NCBI GenBank assembly: GCA_029974275.1
Contig: JARKSN010000030.1
Coordinates: forward strand, 1 to 64,000
Source of the DNA: Candidatus Hydrogenedentota bacterium
Lineage (GTDB): Bacteria; Hydrogenedentota; Hydrogenedentia; Hydrogenedentales; SLHB01
Length of the DNA stretch: 64,000 bases
Direction of reading: 5' to 3'
Part shown: positions 1-9,660 of the stretch, one piece after another
Position numbering within the stretch: the first letter of the stretch is position 1
Layout: every line of letters starts with the position of its first letter
Program-made: the position numbers and the translations under genes
The notes under the pieces: generated by a model
Told to the model about the DNA's origin: nothing
Databases searched by the model: none
Seen by the model: the letters and a program-made list of their open reading frames with translations, nothing else

Positions 1-1320
1 TGTCCGGGACTCGATATCGAACTGCTCGACGCGCCCGCGCTGTGCCTTTCACCCGCCGCGACAATCGAGCGTATCGTTGCGCGCAAGCCTGATGTCGTCG
101 GCATTGGCATCGTGACATCTGCCCTGCCGTCGGCGCGTAGAATCGCCGCAGGCATCAAGCAACACCTGCCGCACACGACCGTCGTTACCGGCGGGCCGCA
201 CATGGGATGCCGCGCGGAAGAAGCCCTGCGCCAAGAACCGTCGTTTGATTACGCTGTCGTGGGCGAAGGCGAGCAAACCTTCGCCGAATTGCTCGATGCT
301 ATCGCGGCGCAGCGGTCTGTTGCGGAGATTTCCGGTCTTGTGCATCGCGACGCAACCGGCGCCGTCCAACGGAACCGCCCCCGCGCGCTCGTCGAAAATT
401 TGGACTCGTTGCCGTTGCCCGCGTGGGATATGCTACCCGGCTTTCCGCGGCGCTATCCGTCGAACATTTTCTTTTCACCTTCGAGTCGCGCGGCAAGTTT
501 GTGCACATCGCGCGGCTGCGTGTACCGGTGCCGCTTTTGCGATCAGAGCACCTTCGGCAGAAGCTACCGCACGCTTTCGCCGAACACCGTCGTTCGCGCC
601 GTCGAGGAATTGATCGATCTCCACGGCATCCGCTACATCATCTTCTGCGATGACAATTTTACCGTGCACAACGACCGCGTGTTCGCAATATGCGATCGCC
701 TTCGCGCGCTGAAGCGTCCGATTGCGTGGAGTTGCGACGGAAACGTCATGACAGTGACGCGCCCGTTGTTGAAGGCAATGAAGGCCGCCGGGTGTTGGGG
801 CATATCCTATGGTGTCGAGTCCGGCGCGCCCGAAGTCCTCGATTCCCTCGACAAACGCATCGACCTCGCCCGCGCGCGCGACGTCACCATCGCCGCACGC
901 GAGGAAGGGATTCATGTGAAAGGCCTGTTCATCCTCGGCACGCCCGCGGAATCGCCCGCAACCATCGCGGCCACGCGGCGGTTTTTGCTGGAGACGCCCT
1001 TCACGACGATCAACCTGTCGAAGTTCACGCCGTATCCCGGCAGCGAACTGCACGACGAAGTGGCCGCCGATCACGAATTCGATTATGCTCAGTTGAACGG
1101 GATGAACTTCGTTGTGCCATCGAAACGCCTGAGCATTGCGGCATTGGAGCGTGAATACGCAGAAACTATCCGCTGGTTTTTCGGCCAGCCCAAGGTGCGC
1201 CGCGAATACCTGCGACTGCTCGGACGATGGGACAGTATCAAGCGGCTGACGGGAATGGCGCCGTGGGCATTGCGCGCGTGGCTGTCTCCGGAACGGACCG
1301 TATCACAGGAGCATGCATAA
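1..1320 (+). CDS. B12-binding radical SAM protein (class B methyltransferase-like), 5' partial
   Basis: Frame open from base 1; cobalamin-binding-type segment (GGPH...GEGE), SRGC-x3-C-x2-C motif, DDNF and GVESG motifs. Confidence 0.9.
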   Translation, partial: CPGLDIELLDAPALCLSPAATIERIVARKPDVVGIGIVTSALPSARRIAAGIKQHLPHTTVVTGGPHMGCRAEEALRQEPSFDYAVVGEGEQTFAELLDAIAAQRSVAEISGLVHRDATGAVQRNRPRALVENLDSLPLPAWDMLPGFPRRYPSNIFFSPSSRAASLCTSRGCVYRCRFCDQSTFGRSYRTLSPNTVVRAVEELIDLHGIRYIIFCDDNFTVHNDRVFAICDRLRALKRPIAWSCDGNVMTVTRPLLKAMKAAGCWGISYGVESGAPEVLDSLDKRIDLARARDVTIAAREEGIHVKGLFILGTPAESPATIAATRRFLLETPFTTINLSKFTPYPGSELHDEVAADHEFDYAQLNGMNFVVPSKRLSIAALEREYAETIRWFFGQPKVRREYLRLLGRWDSIKRLTGMAPWALRAWLSPERTVSQEHA

Positions 1321-2051
1321 TGGACGAGAAAAAACAGGTCGCCCTCGTGACCGGGGCCGCGCGCGGCATTGGCCGGGCCATCGCCGTGGCGTTGGCGGAA
1401 AGTGGACGTCACGTCATCATCAACTTCCGCAGCCGCACCGACGCGGCAGAGGAGACCCTGAAACAAATCGAGGCCCTCGGCGGCGCCGGCGAGTTAGCGC
1501 CCTTCGACGTCTCCGACGATCCCGCTGTTACGCACGCCATTGAGGACATTCTCGAACGCCATGCACGCGTCGACGTCCTCGTGCACAACGCCGGCATCCG
1601 CGACGACAAACTCCTCGTGTGGATGGAGCCGCCGTCCTGGCACAAGGTCGTCGACACCAGTCTCGACGCGTTCTACTACGTGACGCGTCCTCTGCTGAAA
1701 CCCATGTTGATGAACCGCCACGGGCGCATCGTGTGCATCGCCTCGACATCGGGCCAGACCGGCATCGAGGGCCAAGTCAATTACTCCGCCGCGAAGGCCG
1801 GTTTGATTGGCGCGGCCAAGGCCCTGTCGCGCGAAGTGGCCAAACGCAACGTGACCGTCAACGTCGTCGCGCCGGGATTCATCGACACCGACATGCTCGA
1901 CGGTCTTCCCAAGGACGAACTTGCAAAACGCATTCCCATGGGACGCGTCGGGACCGTCGACGAGATCGCGGGCGTGGTTGTGTTCCTCTGTTCTCCGGCG
2001 ACGTCGTACATGACCGGGCAAGTCCTCGGCGTAAATGGCGGAATTTGTTGA
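1320..2051 (+). CDS. fabG: 3-oxoacyl-ACP reductase (SDR)
   Basis: TGAARGIG, HNAG, YSAAK, VAPGFIDT; TAATG overlap with the upstream stop fixes the start at 1320. Confidence 0.92.
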   Translation: MDEKKQVALVTGAARGIGRAIAVALAESGRHVIINFRSRTDAAEETLKQIEALGGAGELAPFDVSDDPAVTHAIEDILERHARVDVLVHNAGIRDDKLLVWMEPPSWHKVVDTSLDAFYYVTRPLLKPMLMNRHGRIVCIASTSGQTGIEGQVNYSAAKAGLIGAAKALSREVAKRNVTVNVVAPGFIDTDMLDGLPKDELAKRIPMGRVGTVDEIAGVVVFLCSPATSYMTGQVLGVNGGIC

Positions 2052-2079
2052 GGGTAATGCAGCAAAGCGGGCTTCAAAC

Positions 2080-2997
2080 ATGACACACGCTCCCCCTTCC
2101 CCTACGCCGCGTCCAACGCAATGGACCGGTCGCACGCGCGGCGGGGTGTTTGGCAATTGGGTTTTCGTCACGTTGGTGCGCTTGTTTGGGCTATGGCCTG
2201 CGTACGTGCTGCTGGGCCCGGTATCTTGCTACTTCCTCGTCGCGGCGCCAAAGGCGTTGCGCGCCTCCCGGCAATACCTGAAGCGCCTTGGCCTGCCTCG
2301 GCGGGGACTTTGGGCATCCCTCCGGCATTTCTACGCGTTCGGCGTGTCCATACTCGATCGAATTGCCGCCTTCGGAGGCCAGGCCCACCGCTTCACCATC
2401 GACGTAGAAGGACACGATGCGTTGGTCCGCGCATTAAAAGACGGCAAGGGCGCAATCCTAGTGAACGCACACTGCGGCAACTGGGAAATGGCAGCCCACA
2501 TGTTGGGGGAGGCAATCGAAACGCCCGTCAACATGATGACCTTTGCCGGCGAAACCCCGCACGTCGATCGTCTATTCAATCAGGCCACGACCGCACGGCG
2601 CTTCCATGCTATCCCCCTGGGAAACGGCGAGTCGACCATGATCGCCATTCACTGCGCCCTGAGCCGAGGCGAGATCGTCATGTTTCTCGGCGACCGTCAC
2701 TTGGGCGCGCACACGGAGACCGTCGACTTCCTTGGGGCCCCGGCGCGTTTCCCGGCAGGTCCCTACCTGATCGCCGCCGTGACGGGCACGCCCGTGTTCC
2801 ACATCTTCACGATGCGCACGCGGTTGTTCCACTACACCGTGCAGGTCTACCCCCCCGAACGCCTCACCGCCACGAACCGCGCCGACCGCACCGCCCAAGT
2901 CCGCGCCGCCATCGCCCGCTACTCCGCGCGCCTCGAAGAACAACTCCGGCAACACCCCTACCAATGGCTGAATTTTTACGACTTTTGGAGAGCGTGA
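2080..2997 (+). CDS. LpxL/lipid A-type acyltransferase of aryl-polyene/flexirubin-like clusters
   Basis: AHCGNWE motif, GDR, FPAGP, C-terminal PYQWLNFYDFW, N-terminal WTGRTRG. Confidence 0.85.
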   Translation: MTHAPPSPTPRPTQWTGRTRGGVFGNWVFVTLVRLFGLWPAYVLLGPVSCYFLVAAPKALRASRQYLKRLGLPRRGLWASLRHFYAFGVSILDRIAAFGGQAHRFTIDVEGHDALVRALKDGKGAILVNAHCGNWEMAAHMLGEAIETPVNMMTFAGETPHVDRLFNQATTARRFHAIPLGNGESTMIAIHCALSRGEIVMFLGDRHLGAHTETVDFLGAPARFPAGPYLIAAVTGTPVFHIFTMRTRLFHYTVQVYPPERLTATNRADRTAQVRAAIARYSARLEEQLRQHPYQWLNFYDFWRA

Positions 2998-3155
2998 TGG
3001 CGATTCGGCCTGGCGCTGGCGAAATCGCGTGTTTCCGGACGTGTTCGTGGAATCCCGTCACGAAAACGTGCGCTTCTGGGTTCCTCCTGTGCTACTATCC
3101 GGGTAAAATCACGGGTTGCGCCATGCCGCACGGGCGTGGACAATAACGGGAATAT

Positions 3156-3254
3156 ATGGACGGCATCAAGGAACGGCTGAAAACACAAATCATCGAGGCG
3201 CTCGCCTCGATCAACATGCTGGCCGGATTCATCCGGTCCCGCTGTCCGGCATGA
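3156..3254 (+). pseudogene. Acyl carrier protein remnant (32 aa) with an in-frame internal deletion
   Basis: Translates MDGIKERLKTQIIEAL-ASINMLAGFIRSRCPA; matches the first and last helices of these cluster ACPs but lacks the GLDS core; ATGA overlap with the ketosynthase start. Confidence 0.7.
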
Positions 3255-4453
3255 ATTCCGTCGCCGTCACCGGAATGGGCATTGTCTCGGCGATCGGCTG
3301 GTCCCCCGAGGAAACCCAAGCCGCCCTGGATGCCGAGCGATCCGGACTCGGTCCGCTAACCCTATTCCCGTCGGTGCAGGACCTGGACAGCCCCGTAGGC
3401 GAGGTGAAGGGCGATCCCGCGCTTCGTAGCGGACTGGATTCCGGCGGACGCACGGAACACCTGGCGGTCTGGGCGGCGCGTCAGGCGTTCGAGAATGCCG
3501 GACTGTCCACCTGCCCCGCTCCGTTACGGCAAGCGGCGGGGCTTATTCTCGGCACATGCACCGCCGGAACAGGCGATACCGAGGCCTTTCTCGAACAGGC
3601 CCTCCACAACAGAGACGCTGACCCTCGCCGACTCGACCGCAACGGATGCGCCTGCGCCACCCACGCTGTTGCCCGGCCCCTCGGCCTCCACGGTCCGCGC
3701 GCCACGGTCTCGACGTCCTGCACCTCGGGAGCCCAGGCCATTCTCCTGGCCCGCGACCTCATCCACGAAGGACAGGCCAATATCATGCTCGCAGGAGGAG
3801 CCGACGCCCTGACACGCCTTACCCTCTCCGGGTTTGCGTCGCTGTTCGTGATGTCAAGCGAAAACTGCCGTCCCTTTGATGCCGAACGAAAAGGCATGAA
3901 CCTCGGCGAAGGGGCCGCGTTCCTGGTCCTCGAGTCCGTCGAACATGCGCGCAAACGGGGCGCTCCCATTCAGGCATATCTCGTGGGCGCAGCAAGCACC
4001 TGCGACGCGCATCACCGCACCGCGCCGCCGCCGGACGGGGAAGGCATTCGCCGAGCAATGCTGGATGCCATCGAAGATGCGGGGATCCGCCCGCGCGACA
4101 TCGACTATATCAACGCCCACGGCACCGGCACGCGCGACAACGATCCCGCCGAGGGTCGCGCCATCGCCGAAGTGTTTGGCGATCAGGTCCCGTCGGTCTC
4201 CTCCACGAAAGGATTTTTCGGACATCCCCTGGCGGCGGCAGGAGCAATCGAGGCGGTCGTAGCGATCCTAGCCCTACGCCACAATAAAGTGCCTGCAAAT
4301 ATTGGATTTACAACTCAGTCCGCCGACACGCCCGTGCGCGTCACATCACATCCCATCACAAAAAAGATAGGTGTTGCGCTGAGCAATTCCGCCGGATTTG
4401 GCGGAACAAATTGTTGCCTCCTGTTCGAAAACGCTTCACAGAGAAACACATGA
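3251..4453 (+). CDS. Beta-ketoacyl-ACP synthase (FabF/FabB family)
   Basis: VAVTGMG, STSCTSG (catalytic Cys), AHGTGT and GHPLAAAG (two His), SNSAGFGG. Confidence 0.92.
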   Translation: MNSVAVTGMGIVSAIGWSPEETQAALDAERSGLGPLTLFPSVQDLDSPVGEVKGDPALRSGLDSGGRTEHLAVWAARQAFENAGLSTCPAPLRQAAGLILGTCTAGTGDTEAFLEQALHNRDADPRRLDRNGCACATHAVARPLGLHGPRATVSTSCTSGAQAILLARDLIHEGQANIMLAGGADALTRLTLSGFASLFVMSSENCRPFDAERKGMNLGEGAAFLVLESVEHARKRGAPIQAYLVGAASTCDAHHRTAPPPDGEGIRRAMLDAIEDAGIRPRDIDYINAHGTGTRDNDPAEGRAIAEVFGDQVPSVSSTKGFFGHPLAAAGAIEAVVAILALRHNKVPANIGFTTQSADTPVRVTSHPITKKIGVALSNSAGFGGTNCCLLFENASQRNT

Positions 4454-5592
4454 ACGCGATCGGAACACATCAAAAACTTTCCTGGACATCCATAGTTGGA
4501 GCCGGATCGCTATTCCCATCCGCTGTTCCATCGCAGATAAACATGCCCCCTGCTTTTACTTCGCAGCCTTTCCATGGCCACACCTGCCCATTCGCGCCGG
4601 GAGAGGGGATTGTGCCCGCCCAAAGCCTTCGGAGATTGGGACGTGCGCAAGAATTGGCTTTGACGGTCTGTTCCCTGGCGTGCAAGCCCTCACCCCCCCC
4701 CGGAGAACGCACGGCTACCTTCGTAGGCACAGGCATGGGCGAGTCGGGAAGCAGCGCCCGTTTCCTGCACGATATCCTCGGCCCCGACCCGCTGCCGCCG
4801 CGTCCCCTCGACTTCATCAACGCGGTCCACAACTCGATTGCGTCGGAAACTGCCGTCGTCTTGGGCCTGAAGGGCGAGAACTGCACCTTCACCCACGACG
4901 CCGTCTCCTTCGAACTCGCGCTGAGCCGGGCGGCGTACGTGCTGCAACGCGGCAAGATGGATCGTGTTTTGGTCTGCGGCGTCGATGCCCTCACTCCCTT
5001 CGCCGCAGTCCTGGGACCGGGATATGGTTGGTGGAGCGATGACGCCGCCTCGCCTCGGCCCATCCTCGGCGCACTGGGGACATCACGGGCGGCGCCGGGC
5101 GAAGGGGCCGGGGCGTTTCTGCTGGCTCGCGCGGAAGACGCCACAGAGGCTGAAGCGCTGGCCAGGCTATTGGTTACGGCGGTCCGCCCCTTGCCGGAGA
5201 AAAATGTAGCCGCCTGTGACCCACGGGAAGAAGTCGCGTTTATCCAGGCGACGTTGGCACGTGCGGGGGTATCCCTCGGCGAAATCGGGTTCGTCCTCCT
5301 GGGCGCGAACGGGAATCCTGCATGGGATGCGGTCTACGCCAACGTGATGGCGGAACTTGCGAAATCATTACCCGAAAAGACGGTCTGCGGCGTGTACAAA
5401 CACCGTTGCGGCGAGTTCCACACGGCCCCGGCCTTGGGCCTTGCGTTGGCAGTCGATATCGTCCAGACTGGGACCGTGCCTGAAACCATCGCGTGCGTTG
5501 CCCCGCCCCGGCCTGATCGACCCATCGCAACGGTTCTGCTGTATCACGTGACCGCTTCCGGATACCATAGCGTATGCGTCGTCGCATCATAA
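4450..5592 (+). CDS. Ketosynthase-like chain-length factor (non-catalytic)
   Basis: FINAVHNS, NCTFTH-SFE, GEGAGAF, YKHRCGEF; no active-site Cys; ATGA-coupled to the ketosynthase. Confidence 0.8.
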   Translation: MNAIGTHQKLSWTSIVGAGSLFPSAVPSQINMPPAFTSQPFHGHTCPFAPGEGIVPAQSLRRLGRAQELALTVCSLACKPSPPPGERTATFVGTGMGESGSSARFLHDILGPDPLPPRPLDFINAVHNSIASETAVVLGLKGENCTFTHDAVSFELALSRAAYVLQRGKMDRVLVCGVDALTPFAAVLGPGYGWWSDDAASPRPILGALGTSRAAPGEGAGAFLLARAEDATEAEALARLLVTAVRPLPEKNVAACDPREEVAFIQATLARAGVSLGEIGFVLLGANGNPAWDAVYANVMAELAKSLPEKTVCGVYKHRCGEFHTAPALGLALAVDIVQTGTVPETIACVAPPRPDRPIATVLLYHVTASGYHSVCVVAS

Positions 5593-6365
5593 CCCCATTC
5601 ATGGCCGTAACGGTCATCGCCATCGCCGCAACGGCGGTTTCCCTCGCGTATTCACGCGCGTGGGGGTATTGGATAGCCTCCGGGTTTCTCATCGCGACCG
5701 GCCTGGGCGTGGCGTTCATCCGCATGCGCTACTTTTGCGACGCGACATGCCGAGGTCCGGCGGATCGGAAATGCGTCGCGTTGACCTTCGACGACGGCCC
5801 CGACCCGAATGTAACGCCCCACGTGCTTGACACGCTTCGGGCGGAGGGGATTCACGCGACGTTCTTCTGTATCGGCGAACGCGTTCGCGCCTGCCCGGAC
5901 CTGGCGCGACGGATAGTCCAGGAGGGCCACCTCATCGGAAACCATACCGACCGACATGCGTGGTGGACCAACTTTCTGTTCGGGGGCGGCTTATGTCAGG
6001 CAATCGCCCGTGCGCAAGAAACCATCCGCGACGCAACGGGCCAGACGCCGCGTTATTTCCGCCCCCCCATGGGCCTGACGAACCCGCACCTCAATGCGCC
6101 GTTGCGCAAGAACGGCCTCGTCTTAATCGGGTGGGACGTCCGCACCTTCGACCGCCGGACACGTCAACCGGAAGCGACCATCCGGCGAGCTTGCGCCAAG
6201 ATACGCAACGGGAGCATCCTCTTGCTCCACGACGGCGACGTTGTCCCCAAAACAGCCGTCCATATTGTGAAAGGCATCATCGACGAACTGCGCGTGCGTG
6301 GATTCGACATTGTCCGGCTGGACGCGTTGATCGATTCGCCCGCGACAAACAGAGACTTCACATGA
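5574..6365 (+). CDS. Membrane-anchored polysaccharide deacetylase (CE4/NodB)
   Basis: Two N-terminal hydrophobic segments; LTFDDGP, NHTDRH, FRPP and LLLHD motifs. Confidence 0.9.
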   Translation: MRRRIITPFMAVTVIAIAATAVSLAYSRAWGYWIASGFLIATGLGVAFIRMRYFCDATCRGPADRKCVALTFDDGPDPNVTPHVLDTLRAEGIHATFFCIGERVRACPDLARRIVQEGHLIGNHTDRHAWWTNFLFGGGLCQAIARAQETIRDATGQTPRYFRPPMGLTNPHLNAPLRKNGLVLIGWDVRTFDRRTRQPEATIRRACAKIRNGSILLLHDGDVVPKTAVHIVKGIIDELRVRGFDIVRLDALIDSPATNRDFT

Positions 6366-7081
6366 ACGCAATGCCTGCATACACCCGCTCCATGATTGTG
6401 CACGCCGCCTTGCTCGCCTGCGCGTGGGCCGGCACATCCTGGGCGGATACCGGCGCTGCGACTTCCTCGACAGGGCAGGATGTCTCTTCGCCGTCCGCGT
6501 TGGAACGTATCCGGCAGGAATTCAGCGCGATTGAGACGGTCGAGGCGGATTTCGTGCAGACTCGGCGCACGTCATTGCTCCAGAACGACATACAAGCCCA
6601 AGGGAAACTCTATTTTCGTGCGCCGGACAGCCTGCGCCTCGAAATCGCCGCGCCTATTCATTCCGTGACCATCGTGCGCGGGAGAATGATCGCGCGATTC
6701 GAGAGGGAAAACGGCCTCTGGAAAAAACAGGTGACCGGGCGAATGGATTCGGCCAAGACCATCGCGCGCCAAATGACGGCATGGCTGCAGGGGCGTTTTT
6801 TCGGCGAGGACGACGATCGTTACGAAATCACAACCATGGACCAGAAGACGCCGTTGATTTCGCTTATCCCGCGCAATAAACATTTGCGCGAACGTCTTGC
6901 AGGGATCGACCTGCAATTTGCGACCCCCCCCCTCCGCCTCGAATGCCTGACCCTCCGCGAAACTCACGGAGACGAAACGGTCTTGCGCTTCTCGAACGAG
7001 GTTCGAAATGCGCCGCTTTCGGACGACCTATTCGACCTCTCCGGGAAGTCTTTTCCCAGAACAGATGCCGATCAGGAATGA
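6362..7081 (+). CDS. LolA-like periplasmic lipid/lipoprotein carrier
   Basis: Signal peptide; EADFVQTR...GKLYFRAPDSLRLE and C-terminal LSDDLF pattern; ATGA overlap. Confidence 0.8.
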   Translation: MNAMPAYTRSMIVHAALLACAWAGTSWADTGAATSSTGQDVSSPSALERIRQEFSAIETVEADFVQTRRTSLLQNDIQAQGKLYFRAPDSLRLEIAAPIHSVTIVRGRMIARFERENGLWKKQVTGRMDSAKTIARQMTAWLQGRFFGEDDDRYEITTMDQKTPLISLIPRNKHLRERLAGIDLQFATPPLRLECLTLRETHGDETVLRFSNEVRNAPLSDDLFDLSGKSFPRTDADQE

Positions 7082-7090
7082 ACGATCGCT

Positions 7091-8479
7091 TTAGTCGAGG
7101 TAGCCGATCGCCTTGAGCTGGCCGCGCTCCTCGCAAGAAAGATCGCCTTTGAGCGGCGTAGGGGACACGCGAGGCATGCGGTTCTCCCAATCGGTTAGAA
7201 ACGCCTTCAGACGCGCAACCACGTCGGGCTGCGCATCCAATTCACTCGTTCGCTTGCCGTCCTCTGCAATCCCGAAACGTTGAAGCTCTTGGGGGGGCAT
7301 CCCGTTGCGTCGATCGCGATTTTCAATGTATTTCCACTCCGGAACGTAGACGGCCACCTTGTCGTATGCGCGGTACTGGGTCTCCGCCACGAAAGCCTCG
7401 GGCAACCCACAATCGCTTTCCTCCCCTTCCAGCAACGGCCTGAGCGAACGCCCATCCAACCCCGCAGGAACCGGCAACCCCAGATAATCCAACACGGTCG
7501 GCATAAGGTCCAGCAAACGCACGGGACGATCGACGCTTCGAGGAGCCAACACCCCATTGGAACGATAAAAAATGAGGGGAACCATGAGATGCGACTCGTA
7601 CAAATACCTTCCATGTGCGGTCGACAGCGGAACGTGGGGATGACTCTTAAGACCTTGCCCGTGGTCGCTTGTAATGACGAACAACGTGTCTTCCCACCCT
7701 GGCAAGGCGATCACCCGCTGAACAAAGACGCCGATATCCGCAGATACCTGCCGAACCGCCGCCAGGTACCCTCGATTGACGCGGCCTTTGAACCGCGCCG
7801 CGTATTCGGGCCGTGTCAGCGATTTGGAGCCGCGCCATGCCTCGTGCACTTCCATGACATGGGTCAGAACAAAGCAGGGACGCCCCGGATACGCTTGAAC
7901 GTCGGCGATCACCTTATCAAAAAGGTTCGACGCGAACGGCAATTGTTCCCTGCGCCAGTCGCCGACCGTCTTGCCGTCAACGGTTTGGACGCCCATCCAC
8001 GGCAACACAACGTTGCTGTCGGCATATCGGTCAAATCCCTGGCCCATGTTGAAGACGGAGTTGGTGATTGGGTTCGCCGTGGCGCCAACAGTGGCATATC
8101 CGCTGGCTCGAAGCAATTCGGCCAATGTGTCAAAGCGATCATCCAGTATTTCATTCCGCTCTTCGTACAACCCCAGCGACCGCGGCTGGCGGGCGGTCAA
8201 CATGGCCCCCATGGAGGGCCGGGTCCAACTGCACGACGCCAGCGCGCGGGAAAAACGCACGCCTTGAGCCGCCAACGCATCCAGTTCGGGCGAAGTGTTC
8301 TCCGTGAAGCCGTAACAACCGAGCCGGTCCGCGCGCAAGGCGTCCACAACGACAAGCACAACGTGGGGCCGCGTCCCTGGTTCCGCGGCGAGAGCGTTTG
8401 CGGCCATTCCCGCCAACCACAGGCATGCCGCCCCGCCCCTCCACAAGCCCCGGACTCTTTCCGCCACAATTCTTCCCAT
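7091..8479 (-). CDS. Sulfatase-like hydrolase (alkaline phosphatase superfamily), exported
   Basis: VVDALRADRLG, SWTRPS, TSDHG, LLDLMPT, C-terminal LKAIGY; RBS GGGAG upstream of ATG 8479. Confidence 0.85.
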   Translation of the reverse strand: MGRIVAERVRGLWRGGAACLWLAGMAANALAAEPGTRPHVVLVVVDALRADRLGCYGFTENTSPELDALAAQGVRFSRALASCSWTRPSMGAMLTARQPRSLGLYEERNEILDDRFDTLAELLRASGYATVGATANPITNSVFNMGQGFDRYADSNVVLPWMGVQTVDGKTVGDWRREQLPFASNLFDKVIADVQAYPGRPCFVLTHVMEVHEAWRGSKSLTRPEYAARFKGRVNRGYLAAVRQVSADIGVFVQRVIALPGWEDTLFVITSDHGQGLKSHPHVPLSTAHGRYLYESHLMVPLIFYRSNGVLAPRSVDRPVRLLDLMPTVLDYLGLPVPAGLDGRSLRPLLEGEESDCGLPEAFVAETQYRAYDKVAVYVPEWKYIENRDRRNGMPPQELQRFGIAEDGKRTSELDAQPDVVARLKAFLTDWENRMPRVSPTPLKGDLSCEERGQLKAIGYLD

Positions 8480-8504
8480 GCTTCTCCCTGAACGTCCCAC
8501 CCTT

Positions 8505-9272
8505 CTATCCAAGATATCCCAAGGCATGGGAAAACTCTCTGGCGGAGCCTGTCACCTGTGCGGTCAATTCAGGCAAATTTTCCTCTTTGAGCCGCGTGTT
8601 GGGGCCTGATATTCCGATGGCAGCGGCCACCACGCCCGACGCATCGCGGACGGGAGCGGCGATGCATCGAATGCCCTCTTCGCGTTCGTCCCAATCCAGC
8701 GCGCAGCCCGCCTGACGGACCTGCTCCAGATGGCGGCGAAGCTCCGCCACCGAACAAAGGGTGTACGGGGTGCACCGAACCAGCTCCATGCGGGCCAGCA
8801 TGTTTTCCAACTGATCCTGCTGCTGAAAAGCAAGAAGACATTTCCCAGCGGCAGTGCAATGCAGCGGATGTCGCTCTCCCAAGCGGCAGTCCACAAAATT
8901 GCGGTGCGGCGACGGAAACGCTTCGACCGTCACGGCCTCCATTCCATCCAGCACCGCAACATAGGCGCTTTCGCGGGTCGCATCGCGCAGACTGGGTAGA
9001 AAACGGGCCGCCTCCATGCGCACGTTTTTTCCCGTAAGCCCATGTGCCGCCACAGCCAGCAATTTGCCCGTCAAGCGATAGCGCTCGCTGCGGGTCTCCT
9101 GGGCGACATAGCCGATCCGGCACAATGTCCGCAGGGCGCGGTGGACGGTGCTGGGAGGAAGCTGCGTTTCCTCCGCCAACTGGAGAACCCCTTTGCCGGC
9201 CGCATCGTCGCTGATGGCCTCAATAAGAGAGAAGGCTCTCTGAACGGAGTTGACAATGTTTTCTGTCATCAT
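8505..9272 (-). CDS. IclR family transcriptional regulator
   Basis: N-terminal SVQRAF...PSTVHRAL HTH, HCTAAGKCLLA, GIRCIAAPV, AIGISGP. Confidence 0.93.
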   Translation of the reverse strand: MMTENIVNSVQRAFSLIEAISDDAAGKGVLQLAEETQLPPSTVHRALRTLCRIGYVAQETRSERYRLTGKLLAVAAHGLTGKNVRMEAARFLPSLRDATRESAYVAVLDGMEAVTVEAFPSPHRNFVDCRLGERHPLHCTAAGKCLLAFQQQDQLENMLARMELVRCTPYTLCSVAELRRHLEQVRQAGCALDWDEREEGIRCIAAPVRDASGVVAAAIGISGPNTRLKEENLPELTAQVTGSAREFSHALGYLG

Positions 9273-9296
9273 AATTCCGCCTAGCAGCAGATTGTT

Positions 9297-9336
9297 TCGC
9301 TATGCGACTTTATCGCACGAGGGCCATTTTTGTCAA
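9297..9336 (-). promoter_or_regulatory. Putative sigma70 promoter of iclR with overlapping palindrome
   Basis: TTGACA (9336-9331), 18 nt, TAAAGT (9312-9307); palindrome TCGC-tat-GCGA at 9297-9307 near the predicted start site. Confidence 0.5.
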
Positions 9337-9660
9337 CAACAATAAGGGACGAAAAAGCACGTTTTCTGGTAATAAATATAACAAAAATATAAAATATAAA
9401 TATATAGCATAGTGCTTTTTTCTGCAAAATTAGGCAATAGATTTCATTTTTGGAATACAATTTCGTTATACAGAACACCATATATGGAGGTTTTCTTGCA
9501 AAAAAAGACTCGATGCAACAAATTATAGACGTCTATGCTTTATCGAGATTTCAACAATGCCTAATCATTATCTGAACGAAATATTCTCGCATCGGAACCC
9601 CAACACCCTGCAACGAGAAATGCCGGCCCCTACTTGCAACGAGCAGAACGGGCAATTCAA

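Noticed and set aside
3116..3250. N-terminal extension of the ketosynthase ORF
   Set aside because: The KS motif starts at ATG 3251; the upstream bases are better explained by the ACP remnant in another frame.
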